This document shows positions 41,198-50,836 of a stretch of DNA of 64,000 bases, piece by piece. The position numbers and the translations under genes are program-made. How positions within the stretch are numbered: the stretch's first letter is position 1; every line of letters starts with the position of its first letter. Location: assembly GCA_963725825.1 (NCBI GenBank), contig CAVSAI010000020.1, forward strand, positions 26,995 to 90,994, in the 5' to 3' direction. Source of the stretch: Candidatus Aminicenantes bacterium. Lineage in GTDB: Bacteria; Acidobacteriota; Aminicenantia; Aminicenantales; Saccharicenantaceae. The notes beneath the pieces are model-generated. The model saw only the letters and a program-made list of their open reading frames with translations. It was not told the origin of the DNA and searched no databases.

Positions 41198-41677
41198 CTA
41201 TAAAGGATTCCTGGAAGCCCAGACGAAGACCGTGTCCGTCCCCTGGGGCTGATAGACGAACGTCCGGGCGGGAGCGCCGCCCACGTTGACATAGTCGATC
41301 TGGAAGCGGTCGGCGGTCACGACGTCCCGCGCATCGAGGCCCGTCCGCTCGATCTCCCGGAGAAGCCAGAACCCGGTCAAGGCGACGACGGCCGCCATGG
41401 CCGCGACCGAGGCGGCGCGCCAGGCCAGTGTCCCCCGACCGGCTTTGATCTCGGGCAAGGACGCGGCCCGTCCCGCCTCGCGGGAGATCCTCCGCCAGAG
41501 GTCCTCCGATCCGCCCACTTGTTCCGGGCCGACGAGCAGGCTCTTGGCCTCGTCGCGACTGAGAAGCCGGGCCTGACACCGCGGGCATCGTTCCATGTGG
41601 GCCCGGATGAGCCAGTCGCGGAACGGCCGAACGGGAATCGCGGTGTAAAGCCGATCAACCGTTTTGCAGGACGTCAT
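41198..41677 (-). CDS. zf-HC2 type anti-sigma factor, single TM
   Basis: HMERCPRC motif, TM, directly downstream of an ECF sigma. Confidence 0.85.
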   Translation of the reverse strand: MTSCKTVDRLYTAIPVRPFRDWLIRAHMERCPRCQARLLSRDEAKSLLVGPEQVGGSEDLWRRISREAGRAASLPEIKAGRGTLAWRAASVAAMAAVVALTGFWLLREIERTGLDARDVVTADRFQIDYVNVGGAPARTFVYQPQGTDTVFVWASRNPL

Positions 41678-42245
41678 GATCGTTCTCCAAAAGCGCTTTG
41701 ATCTTTCGCCGGGCGTTGAAGAGATACACCCGGGCTGTCGAGGCCGAGCAGGACAAGACTTCCGAGACGTCCTTGGCCGTATAGCCCTCGTTGGCCCACA
41801 GGCACAGCGCCGTCCGCTCGCGCGGCGAGAGGGACTCGAGCAGCTTGGAGGGCAGGGGCGCGGGATCGGCCGGCCGGGGGTCCCCTCCCCTCCCTGCCAC
41901 GGCCGGCTCGAACCGGGCCCGGGCCGAGAATTCCGAGAAGCGCCGTCGTTTTCTGAGCATGTCGAGCGATCTCCTGTAGGCGATGGTCAGGAGCCAGGTC
42001 TTGAAGCTCCTCTCCCGGTCATAGCGGTCGAGGCGCCGGAAGACCTGGAGAAAGGTCTCCTGGCAGACGTCCTCGGCGTCCTGCCTGTTGCCGAGAACGT
42101 TGAGGGCGACCGACAGGACCAGGGTCCCGTACGCCTCGACCATCGCCCGCTGGGACGCAAGGCTCTCCGCCAGGCAGCCTTCGATCAACTCTTGCTCATC
42201 CACAGGAGGCCTTGTCCCTTCTTCCATCGGAGAATACGCCGGCAT
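41655..42245 (-). CDS. ECF RNA polymerase sigma factor
   Basis: DAEDVCQETFL, FKTWLLTIA, region 4 LSPRER...LFNARRKI. Confidence 0.93.
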   Translation of the reverse strand: MPAYSPMEEGTRPPVDEQELIEGCLAESLASQRAMVEAYGTLVLSVALNVLGNRQDAEDVCQETFLQVFRRLDRYDRERSFKTWLLTIAYRRSLDMLRKRRRFSEFSARARFEPAVAGRGGDPRPADPAPLPSKLLESLSPRERTALCLWANEGYTAKDVSEVLSCSASTARVYLFNARRKIKALLENDHDVLQNG

Positions 42246-42402
42246 CTCCCCCGTCGTTTAGGGGCCTTTCCCTCTGTCTTATTCCTACACCTTTCTTCAT
42301 GAGGTGTCACCTCTATCTGAATGTCCTCGGAGGGCCTTCTCCTGCCGGAAGTGCGGAACTGGATGATTAAGGAAGGGCCTTGCTCCTATTGAACCGAGGC
42401 GA

Positions 42403-42591
42403 GGAGGGCAGCCGAATCCCGACATTGGGAAAGTTTAGCCGGGCAGAGTGACGGACGAGGGCAGTTTCAGGGGAAACCGCCAAAACGTGTTTGAGCGAGG
42501 CGTAGCGCACGTCGAGCGAGTTGTTTTGGCGCCGAGTCCGTCGCGCTGACCGGCGTCTTCAAACTTTCCCAGGAGGGAGAGGCTGCCTTCC
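42403..42591. repeat. ~190 bp rod-like nested palindrome
   Basis: Pairs 42403-42413/42581-42591, TGGGAAAGTTT 42426-42436/42561-42571, 42438-42456/42536-42554, CGCCAAAAC 42478-42486/42523-42531. Confidence 0.85.
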
Positions 42592-42639
42592 GAGCCGGCC
42601 TTTGACAATCATGATGGTCTCTGCTAAAGATTTGGGGAA

Positions 42640-43617
42640 ATGAGCCGGTCCGAACACGCCAAGCCGAAAAAGAGCGCTTCTTGCCGGCCGGCCGCATTCA
42701 AGGGCCGGAACGGCGAGGATCGCTACAAGGCCCTCCTCGAACAGCTTCCCGTCGGCGTCTACCGCACGACCGCCGAAGGCCTCATCGTCGAGGCCAATGC
42801 GGCCCTGGCCCACATGCTCGGCTTCAGGCGTCCCCGGGACCTGTTCACCCACAACGTCAAGGATTTCTATGTCCACGGCGAGGACCGGGCCAAGCACATC
42901 GTCAAGCTGTGCGCGAAGCGCACGGCCTTCCAGGAATTCGAGCTCCGGCGGATCGACGGCCGGAAGTTCTGGGCCCGGGATTTTTGCCGCAGCATCAAGG
43001 CCCCGGACGGGTCGATCATCCATCTCGACGGCATCCTCGTCGAAATCACGGAGATGAGGAACGCCGAGCGGCGCTTCCAACAGGCCGTGCGCCAGCTCCA
43101 GCTGTCCAACGAGAAGCTCGAGAACCTGTCGCTCACCGACCACCTGACCGGGCTCAACAATCGCCGGGGGTTCTATTCCTTCGGGCTGCAGCAGATGAAG
43201 ATCGCGAAACGGCTCAAGAAGGACAATTATCTCATCTTCATCGATATCGACAATTTGAAAGAGGTCAACGACACCTGCGGCCATGCCGTGGGGGACCTGC
43301 TTCTCCAGGGAATGGCCGCGATCCTCAAGACGACGCTGCGCGAGTCCGACGTCCTCGGCCGCATCGGCGGCGACGAGTTCGCCGTCCTGGCCATGCGTTC
43401 GAAGGGCCAGGGTGAACGGGGCCTTCCGGCCCGGATCGAGGAGGGCGTCCAAGCGTTTCGCCTCAAGAAATACCCGCGTCTGCGGCTGTCGGTCAGCATG
43501 GGCCTCGTCCGCATCGACCCCCAAAAGTACCAGCAGCTCGACGATTTCCTGTCCCACGCCGACTTCCTGATGTACCAGGAAAAAAGAAAGAAAGAACGAC
43601 AAGGAAAAACTCCATGA
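42640..43617 (+). CDS. PAS-GGDEF diguanylate cyclase
   Basis: PAS, TDHLTGLNNRR, RESD I-site, intact GGDEF; TTGACA at 42602-42607. Confidence 0.95.
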   Translation: MSRSEHAKPKKSASCRPAAFKGRNGEDRYKALLEQLPVGVYRTTAEGLIVEANAALAHMLGFRRPRDLFTHNVKDFYVHGEDRAKHIVKLCAKRTAFQEFELRRIDGRKFWARDFCRSIKAPDGSIIHLDGILVEITEMRNAERRFQQAVRQLQLSNEKLENLSLTDHLTGLNNRRGFYSFGLQQMKIAKRLKKDNYLIFIDIDNLKEVNDTCGHAVGDLLLQGMAAILKTTLRESDVLGRIGGDEFAVLAMRSKGQGERGLPARIEEGVQAFRLKKYPRLRLSVSMGLVRIDPQKYQQLDDFLSHADFLMYQEKRKKERQGKTP

Positions 43618-46550
43618 CCAAGCTCCGTTCCCTCTCCTTATCTCTCGCGGCTATCGCCGTGATTCTCACCTCCGGCCTTTTCGCGCCCGCTCAAGATGAC
43701 CCGCGCCCAAACGCGGCCCCGTCAGCAACCCTGGCATCCGCGCCGCGGCCGCTCGCGCTGCTGGACATCCTGGCCTGGAAATCGATCGGCTCGGCCGAGC
43801 TCTCCCCCGACGGGACCTGGTTCATGTACCGGCTCAGCCCGCTCGAAGGCGAGAGCGAGATCGTCTTGCGCCAGGTCGCCGGGACCAAGGAATACCGTTT
43901 CCCGATCGGCGAGGCCCCGCGCTACGGATCGTCCGCCCGCACGGGCTTCTCGGCCGACTCCAAGTGGGCCGCGTTCCTCGCCTACCCCGGGTCGAAGGAG
44001 ATGAAGGCGCTGCGGAAGGACAAGAAGAGGGTCATGACGGCGGCCGTCCTGGTCGACCTGGCCACGGGCGGGAAGACCGAGTTCGAGAAGGTCCGCGCAT
44101 GGGCTTTTTCGGGCGACAACCCCGGCTTCGTGGCCCTCCATCGCTATGCCCCCGAAAGCCAGGAGAAGGAGAAGGACAAGTGGACCGGCTCCGACCTCCT
44201 TGTGCGCCAGCTCTCTTCGGGGCAAGAGGTCAACATCGGCAACGTCTCGGAGTACGCTTTCGACAAGGCCGGGACGCGCCTGGCCCTGGCCATCGACGCC
44301 CAGGGCCAGGCCGGCAACGGCCTCCAGCTCCGGGACATGGCTTCCGGCGCCGTCTCGTCGCTCGATAACGACAAGGCCTCCTACAAGTCCCTGTCCTGGA
44401 CTGAGAAGGGGGAAGCCCTGGCCGTGCTCAAGGGCAAGGAAGACAAGGCCTATGAGGACAAGCTCTGGAGCGTCCTCGGCTTCTCCGGTTTCCGTGAGGC
44501 CCGAGGACCGCGGATGATCGTCTACGATCCGGCCGCCGACAAGTCGTTCCCGGCGGGAATGACCGTCAGCCCGGACAGGGCCCCGGAGTGGACGGAGAGC
44601 TTCGACGCCGTGCTCTTCGGCATCCACGAGGCCAAAAAGAAAAAGGACGCCGATAAAAAGGAGGGCGACCAGGCCAAGCCCGGATCGGATGCGGCCGCGG
44701 CGCCGGCCCCGAAGGTCGAGGACGTCGCCGACGAGGACATCCCCGACCTCGTGATCTGGCACGGTCAGGACGCCCGGCTGCAGTCCGAGCAGCAAGTCGA
44801 GGAACAACAGGACCGAAGCTTCAGCTATCTCGCCGAGTTCCGGGTCGGCAACAAGGCGTTCGTCCGACTGGCCGATGACGATCTTCGTTACGTCGAGCCT
44901 GCCCCCAAAGGCCGATTCGCCGTCGGCCAGGACAGGCGGGCCTACGAGCTCGACGGGAATCTCGACGGCCGAAGCTTCCGGGACGTCACCGTCATCGATA
45001 TGGCAACCGGCAAGCGGACCAAGGCCCTCGAAAAGAACCAATACTATTTCGGGACCCTTTTTGACGGGGCCCATTTCCTGTATTACGAGGACGGCCACTT
45101 TTTCACCTACGACATGGCGGGCGGCCGGTCCGTCAACATCACCAAGGACGTCCCCGCCTCGTTCTTCAACGAGGAGGACGACCACAACGTCGTCAAGCCG
45201 CCCGACTACCCGGTCGGCTCGACCAAGGACGGACGGAATGTCCTCCTCTCGGACGGCTGGGACATCTGGAGCGTTCCCGTCAGCGGAGCCGGCAAGGCCG
45301 TCAACCTGACCGCGAACGGGGCCAAGGACAAGCTCCGCTACCGGCGTCTGCGTCTCGATCCCGAGGAGAAGGCCGTCGACCTCGGGGAGGCCCAGTACTT
45401 CAGCGTTTACGGCGAGTGGACCAAGAAAGCCGGGATCGCCCGCCTCGAAAAGGGCCAGCCCGCCCCGGCGCTCTTGTTGTGGGACGATGCCGGATTCGGC
45501 AATCTGGCCAAAGCGAGAAAGGCCGAGGTCTACGTCTACGCCCGCGACACGTTTAAGGATTATCCCGACTTCGTCGCGGCGGACGCGCTCCTCCGCAACG
45601 GAAAAAGGCTCACCGAGGCCAATCCCCAGCAGAAGGATTTCCTGTGGTCGAGCGGCTCGATGCTTCTCGATTACACGAGCGCCAAGGGCGACAAGCTCCA
45701 GGCCGCGCTCTTCCTCCCGGCCAACTATGAAAAGGGCAAGAGCTACCCGACGATCGTCTACTATTACGAGAAGATGTCGCAGCAGCTCAACCGCTACGCC
45801 CAGCCCTCGGCCAACGGCTTCAATAAATCCGTTTACACCAGCAACGGCTACGCCGTCCTGTTCCCCGACATCACCTACAAGATCAACGACCCGGGCATGT
45901 CGGCGGTCTGGTGCGTCCTGCCGGCGATCGACGCGGCCGTGGACGCGGGCGTCGTCGACCGATCCAAGATCGGCCTCCAGGGCCATTCGTGGGGCGGCTA
46001 CGAGACGGCCTTCCTCGTGACCCAGGCCGATTTCGCCGCGGCCGTGGCCGGAGCGCCGCTGACCAACATGATCAGCATGTACAGCTCGATCTATTTCAAC
46101 AGCGGCTCGGCCAACCAGCCCATCTTCGAATCGAGCCAGGGCCGGTTCAAGGGCGGCTACTGGGACAATCTCGAGGCCTATCAGCGGAACTCTCCGGTTT
46201 ATTACGCCTCCCGGGTCAAGACCCCGCTCATCATCCTCCACAACGACAAGGACGGCGCCGTCGACTGGAACCAGGGCATCGAGTACTACAACACCCTGCG
46301 CCGGCTCAAGAAGCCGGTCGTCATGCTCCAGTACGTCGGCGAGAACCACGGCCTGCAGAAGCCGGCCAACCAGAAGGACTATACCGTGCGGATGAAAGAG
46401 TTCTTCGACCACCATCTCATGGGCAAGCCGGCCCCGGCCTGGTACACGGAGGGCGTCTCCTACCTCAAGCTCAGGGACTATCTCAAGGAGAGGGCCAAGG
46501 ACCTCAAGCCTGCGGAAAAAGCCCCAAAGAAGGACGCCGAGGGAAAGTAG
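43614..46550 (+). CDS. S9 family peptidase (prolyl oligopeptidase/dipeptidyl aminopeptidase)
   Basis: Signal peptide, beta-propeller, GHSWGG, DGAV, ENHG catalytic triad. Confidence 0.95.
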   Translation: MTKLRSLSLSLAAIAVILTSGLFAPAQDDPRPNAAPSATLASAPRPLALLDILAWKSIGSAELSPDGTWFMYRLSPLEGESEIVLRQVAGTKEYRFPIGEAPRYGSSARTGFSADSKWAAFLAYPGSKEMKALRKDKKRVMTAAVLVDLATGGKTEFEKVRAWAFSGDNPGFVALHRYAPESQEKEKDKWTGSDLLVRQLSSGQEVNIGNVSEYAFDKAGTRLALAIDAQGQAGNGLQLRDMASGAVSSLDNDKASYKSLSWTEKGEALAVLKGKEDKAYEDKLWSVLGFSGFREARGPRMIVYDPAADKSFPAGMTVSPDRAPEWTESFDAVLFGIHEAKKKKDADKKEGDQAKPGSDAAAAPAPKVEDVADEDIPDLVIWHGQDARLQSEQQVEEQQDRSFSYLAEFRVGNKAFVRLADDDLRYVEPAPKGRFAVGQDRRAYELDGNLDGRSFRDVTVIDMATGKRTKALEKNQYYFGTLFDGAHFLYYEDGHFFTYDMAGGRSVNITKDVPASFFNEEDDHNVVKPPDYPVGSTKDGRNVLLSDGWDIWSVPVSGAGKAVNLTANGAKDKLRYRRLRLDPEEKAVDLGEAQYFSVYGEWTKKAGIARLEKGQPAPALLLWDDAGFGNLAKARKAEVYVYARDTFKDYPDFVAADALLRNGKRLTEANPQQKDFLWSSGSMLLDYTSAKGDKLQAALFLPANYEKGKSYPTIVYYYEKMSQQLNRYAQPSANGFNKSVYTSNGYAVLFPDITYKINDPGMSAVWCVLPAIDAAVDAGVVDRSKIGLQGHSWGGYETAFLVTQADFAAAVAGAPLTNMISMYSSIYFNSGSANQPIFESSQGRFKGGYWDNLEAYQRNSPVYYASRVKTPLIILHNDKDGAVDWNQGIEYYNTLRRLKKPVVMLQYVGENHGLQKPANQKDYTVRMKEFFDHHLMGKPAPAWYTEGVSYLKLRDYLKERAKDLKPAEKAPKKDAEGK

Positions 46551-46574
46551 GGTTCGGCGGGTCCTCGGAGGCGA

Positions 46575-46690
46575 AGAGAAAAGCGCCGGGACCGGCCGGC
46601 CGGAGGATGGTTAGGAACGCTGGCTGGCGAGGCGCCAAGGTTTCAAAGGAAAAGGAAGCGGGGCTAAGGAGGATCCCTCTCCAGCCAGCG
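46575..46690 (-). ncRNA. Candidate small RNA (~115 nt)
   Basis: Begins at a 10 bp stem CGCTGGCTGG/CCAGCCAGCG just after a consensus promoter; CU-rich loop; GC hairpin and U-tract at the 3' end; no credible ORF. Confidence 0.6.
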
Positions 46691-46695
46691 AACTC

Positions 46696-46725
46696 ATTAT
46701 ATTGCCGCAATTCCGGTCTTGTCAA
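46696..46725 (-). promoter_or_regulatory. Consensus sigma70 promoter TTGACA-N18-TATAAT
   Basis: Reverse strand reads TTGACA AGACCGGAATTGCGGCAA TATAAT. Confidence 0.8.
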
Positions 46726-46844
46726 TCTGAAAGTGTCCAATTTAGGAAATTTTACTCAAGGGCGCTTCGGGCAGGGGCCGTCTTGATTTTTGGCAGGCCT
46801 AATGTATACTAATTTTGTAGGATTAAAGAGAACGGGAGTCATCA

Positions 46845-47879
46845 GTGCCGACGAAAGTGAAGATCGTGATCCTCGCCGCGGCGACGTTCCTCGGACTTGC
46901 CGCCTGGCGAGGCCTGAACGCCCTGGCCGGGCCGGACGTGGCCCGGATGGCGCTTGTCTCCCAGGGAGGGTCGGACATGTCGCAAAAAGTCAAGAAGTCG
47001 GAAAAGGAATGGAAGGCCGCCCTCACCCCGGAGCAGTTCGACGTCATGCGGAAGTGCAGCACGGAGCGGCCGTTCACCGGCAAATATAATGATTTTTGGG
47101 ACAAAGGGGTCTATGTCTGCGCCGGCTGCGGGGCGCCCCTGTTCCCCTCGGAGTCGAAGTACGAGCACGGCACCGGCTGGCCAAGCTTCACGGCGCCCGT
47201 CGACGAAAAGGACCTCGAATACCGCGACGACTACTCGCTCTTGACCAAGCGGATCGAGGTCCGCTGCGCGAAGTGCGGCGCCCACCTGGGCCACGTCTTC
47301 GATGACGGCCCGGAGCCCACGTTCCTCCATTACTGCGTCAACTCCGCCTCCCTGGACTTCAAGCCCGAGTCGGCCGACAAGGTCAAGGGCCCCGCGGAGG
47401 CCGCGGCCGCGCCGACGGAGACCGCGACGTTCGCCGCCGGCTGTTTCTGGGGAGTCGAGTACAAGCTCGGGAAGATCCCCGGCGTCGTGTCGACGGTCGT
47501 AGGCTACACCGGCGGCAAGACGGTCGCCCCGACCTACGAGGAGGTTTGCACGGACAAGACCGGGCACGCCGAGGCCGTCCAGGTGACCTTCGATCCGTCC
47601 AAGGTGGGCTACGCCGACCTCGTCCGCCACTTTTTCACGATCCACGACCCGACCCAGGTCAACAAGCAGGGACCCGACCAGGGGACACAGTACCGCTCGG
47701 CCATCTTCTTTCATGGCCAGGCCCAGAGGGAAACGGCGCGCGAGATCATGGACGAGCTGGAGAGATCCGGGAAGTACAAGAAGCATCTGGCCACCGAGCT
47801 CGTCCCCGCTTCGGTTTTCTACAAGGCAGAGGAATACCACCAAAAGTATTTCGAAAAGCACGGCGTCGTCTGCTACTGA
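46845..47879 (+). CDS. msrAB: Bifunctional methionine sulfoxide reductase MsrB-MsrA
   Basis: GTGWPSF, HLGHVFDDGP, YCVNS (MsrB); GCFWG, GHAEAV, AEEYHQKY (MsrA); N-terminal signal peptide. Confidence 0.96.
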   Translation: MPTKVKIVILAAATFLGLAAWRGLNALAGPDVARMALVSQGGSDMSQKVKKSEKEWKAALTPEQFDVMRKCSTERPFTGKYNDFWDKGVYVCAGCGAPLFPSESKYEHGTGWPSFTAPVDEKDLEYRDDYSLLTKRIEVRCAKCGAHLGHVFDDGPEPTFLHYCVNSASLDFKPESADKVKGPAEAAAAPTETATFAAGCFWGVEYKLGKIPGVVSTVVGYTGGKTVAPTYEEVCTDKTGHAEAVQVTFDPSKVGYADLVRHFFTIHDPTQVNKQGPDQGTQYRSAIFFHGQAQRETAREIMDELERSGKYKKHLATELVPASVFYKAEEYHQKYFEKHGVVCY

Positions 47880-48104
47880 ACCGGCCAATCCTCTGTCCTC
47901 AAAATAAGACATCCCCGCCCCCGGAGCCGGCCTTCGATCAACCCCCTTTTTGAGGTATCTTCCTGGCACGAATCTTGAAGTGGGGGGCATAGTCGACCGG
48001 GAGGTACCCGATGAAGAAGAGTTCGATCAGGCCTTTCTTCAGGCAGGGCGAGCCAGGGAAGGTCAGCCCGGCCGGGGAAACGTCCGGGAATGTAAAGTTT
48101 TTTC

Positions 48105-48133
48105 TTGACAAGCGGGACAGGAGGGGGTATCCT
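48105..48133 (+). promoter_or_regulatory. sigma70 promoter TTGACA-N17-TATCCT
   Basis: Hexamers at 48105-48110 and 48128-48133, about 170 nt upstream of the sigma factor gene. Confidence 0.7.
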
Positions 48134-48304
48134 CCGCGCTACTTTTCGAACGGTCCCGCCTTCAGAGGGTGGAACGGATCCCCCCTCTTCCCCGTTTATA
48201 GACCGGAGTCAAGGGCTGGGAAAATGAGAAAAAGGCCTGGCGGACGAAACGAAAAGCCTTTTATTGTAGTTTTCCTATCATATTAATAATTAAGGGAGAC
48301 GATC

Positions 48305-49744
48305 ATGGCAGCTGAATATAAATATAGGAGCGGCGAGGAGCTTCTCGATATCATCCCCCGCACGTCCCCTGCCAAGCTATTTGGGGACGATGACGAGGCC
48401 TTCTCCGGCCCCGAGGCCCCGTTGGGGGCCCGGCTGGGGGAACCCAAGAACGGCAACGGCCACGGCAAGGGCCTGCATTCCCCGGAGGACATCGAACAGA
48501 CCGCGGACCTGGTCAAGATCTATCTCCGGGAGATGGGCAGCATCCTGCTCCTTTCCAGGGACCAGGAGATCAGCTTGGCCCGGCGCATGGAGCGCGGCGA
48601 AAAGGCCATCCTCAAGGCGCTCGTCAGGACGCCTTACACGCTCGACGAGCTGGTGTCCCTCGAGGCCCTGCTCAAGAAGACCCCCGAAGCGTTCGTCAAA
48701 TACTTCAACATGGCCGAGGACAGCTTCTCGGACGACAGCCTCGAGGCCCGAAGGAACGAGATCCTCGAGAGGATCCACAAGACCCGGGCCCTGTGCGCCC
48801 GGCTGATGAAGTTCCGGCCGCTCGTCCGCAATCGGTTCGCCCGCGGGCGGCTGGCCGTCCGGATCGTCAACATGGCCCGCGAGCTCGAGCTCAAGCCCGA
48901 GTTCCAGGACCGGATCGTCCAGGCCGTCCAGATCCGCTTGAAGGAGAACTTCAAGAACGCCTCCAAGCAGGCGCGCAGGGACGACAAGGCCATCCTCCAG
49001 GCCATCCAATCGGGCCGACGGACCCGCGAGCGGGCCAAAGGCGACCTCGTTTCGGCCAACCTGCGGCTGGTCGTGTCGATCGCCAAGAAGTATCAAGGCC
49101 GGGGCTTGCAGCTTCTCGACCTCATCCAAGAGGGCAACATCGGCCTGATGCGGGCCGCGGAGAAATTCGACTACCGGCGCGGGCATAAGTTCTCGACCTA
49201 CGCGACCTGGTGGATCCGCCAATCGATCACCCGGGCCATCGCCGACCAGGGCCGGACGATCCGCATCCCGGTCCACCTGACTGAGACCATCCACCGCCTC
49301 AAGAAGATCTCCCAGGCGTCGATCCAGGAATGCGGCAAGCTGCCCAACCCGGATGAGCTGGCCCGCAAGATGAACCTGCCCGTCAACAAGGTCCTGGAGA
49401 TGCTCTACAGCTCCCAGGACCCCGTCTCGATCGAAACGCCGCTCGGGGAGAACGGCGAGGGCTCGCTCGGCGACCTGCTCGAGGACAAAGCCTTCCCCTC
49501 CCCGCCCGACACCGTCATCCACATCAATCTCCGCGAGCAGATCGAGGCGGCCTTGCGCACCCTGCCAGAGCGCGAAACCCTCGTCCTGAGAATGCGCTAC
49601 GGGCTCGGGGACGGGCGGGAATATACGCTCGAAGAGGTCGGCCAACACTTCAAGCTGACCCGGGAGAGGATCCGCCAGATCGAGCTGAAGGCCCTCAAGG
49701 CCCTCCAGCTTTCGGGCCCCGGTCAGAAGCTCAAATCGTTTTGA
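48305..49744 (+). CDS. RpoD/SigA-family sigma70 factor (no canonical region 1.1)
   Basis: [54 protein letters not shown]. Confidence 0.93.
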   Translation: MAAEYKYRSGEELLDIIPRTSPAKLFGDDDEAFSGPEAPLGARLGEPKNGNGHGKGLHSPEDIEQTADLVKIYLREMGSILLLSRDQEISLARRMERGEKAILKALVRTPYTLDELVSLEALLKKTPEAFVKYFNMAEDSFSDDSLEARRNEILERIHKTRALCARLMKFRPLVRNRFARGRLAVRIVNMARELELKPEFQDRIVQAVQIRLKENFKNASKQARRDDKAILQAIQSGRRTRERAKGDLVSANLRLVVSIAKKYQGRGLQLLDLIQEGNIGLMRAAEKFDYRRGHKFSTYATWWIRQSITRAIADQGRTIRIPVHLTETIHRLKKISQASIQECGKLPNPDELARKMNLPVNKVLEMLYSSQDPVSIETPLGENGEGSLGDLLEDKAFPSPPDTVIHINLREQIEAALRTLPERETLVLRMRYGLGDGREYTLEEVGQHFKLTRERIRQIELKALKALQLSGPGQKLKSF

Positions 49745-49833
49745 CCGGTCCGACCCGGCGTCTTCAGGGGGCCCGCGTTGAACCCGCCCCCGCTTTCTGC
49801 TAGGCTAGGCTTCTTCCGAGCTCCCGTGCCCCC

Positions 49834-50829
49834 ATGATTTACGAGAAGATCGGCTTCATCGCCCCGTCGACGTGCCTCTCCGCCAAGGAGAAGCCCGTCC
49901 TGGACCGGACGGCCCGCCTCCTCAAGAAGGCCCTGGGGGTCCGGGCCGTCTATTTCAGCCCCCACCTCTACTCGAGCGACACCGAGATCGACCACGTTAC
50001 GGCCCCGGTCGACGACCGGGCGGCGGTGTTCAAAGAGGCTATCCGCGAACTCGATCTGATCATCTCGGTGGCCGGGGGAACGGGCGCGGAGGACCTGGTC
50101 CGCAAGATCGACGCCAAGGACCTGCGGATCATCAGGGACAGGCGCCCCTTGCTCATCGGCTTCTCCGATTTTACCTTCCTCCTGAACGAGATCTATCACG
50201 ATTGCCGCGTCCCGGTCGTCTACTTTCCGTCGCTCAAGGTCGGGAAGGGCGACTTCCGCAGCCTCCTCGCCCTGATCATCGGCGAGGAGATCCATTACAG
50301 CGGCGCGGCCTGGCTCACCCCTCCCCCGCCGAGGAAGCTGTCTGGGATCCCTATCGGCGGGAATCTCTCGACCTTCGTCAACTTTCTCAACCGGGGCACG
50401 CCGCCCAAGTTCAGCTGGAGGCGCCACATCCTCTTCTTCGAGGACATCGGGGTCGACGTCGAGGACCTGCACCGTCTGCTCGCGGCCCTCCGCCGTCACA
50501 ACGTCTTCGCCGGCATCAAAGGGATCGTCATCGGATCGGTCACGCCGCCGGGCAAGGGCCTGTTCCGGAAGAAGGACCGGAGGGAAACGGTCCGGTTCGT
50601 CCGGTCCTACCTCGCCGACGTCATCCGCGACCGCCGGCGCCTGGGCCGCCCCCTGCCCATCCTGACGGTCACGAACTTCGGCCACGACATCCGGAGGAAC
50701 CTGATGGCCGTGCCCATCGGCGGACACGTCACGATCTCGAGGTCGAGGCGGATCACGTTCAGGCTCAACGCGCGGGCCGGGCGCAACGGCCGGCGGGAAG
50801 CGGAGTCGCCGGAGCGGCCGGCCCGATAG
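49834..50829 (+). CDS. LD-carboxypeptidase (S66 family)
   Basis: IGFIAPS, IGFSD, GGNLS, LFFED, FGH. Confidence 0.85.
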   Translation: MIYEKIGFIAPSTCLSAKEKPVLDRTARLLKKALGVRAVYFSPHLYSSDTEIDHVTAPVDDRAAVFKEAIRELDLIISVAGGTGAEDLVRKIDAKDLRIIRDRRPLLIGFSDFTFLLNEIYHDCRVPVVYFPSLKVGKGDFRSLLALIIGEEIHYSGAAWLTPPPPRKLSGIPIGGNLSTFVNFLNRGTPPKFSWRRHILFFEDIGVDVEDLHRLLAALRRHNVFAGIKGIVIGSVTPPGKGLFRKKDRRETVRFVRSYLADVIRDRRRLGRPLPILTVTNFGHDIRRNLMAVPIGGHVTISRSRRITFRLNARAGRNGRREAESPERPAR

Positions 50830-50836
50830 GCGGGCC

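Noticed and set aside
46845-47879. Selenocysteine in MsrA or MsrB
   Set aside because: Catalytic positions are TGT/TGC Cys and there is no in-frame TGA.
48011-48286. 91 aa ORF upstream of the sigma factor
   Set aside because: No motif, atypical composition, and it overlaps a strong promoter and structured leader; a weak SD exists so it is not fully excluded.
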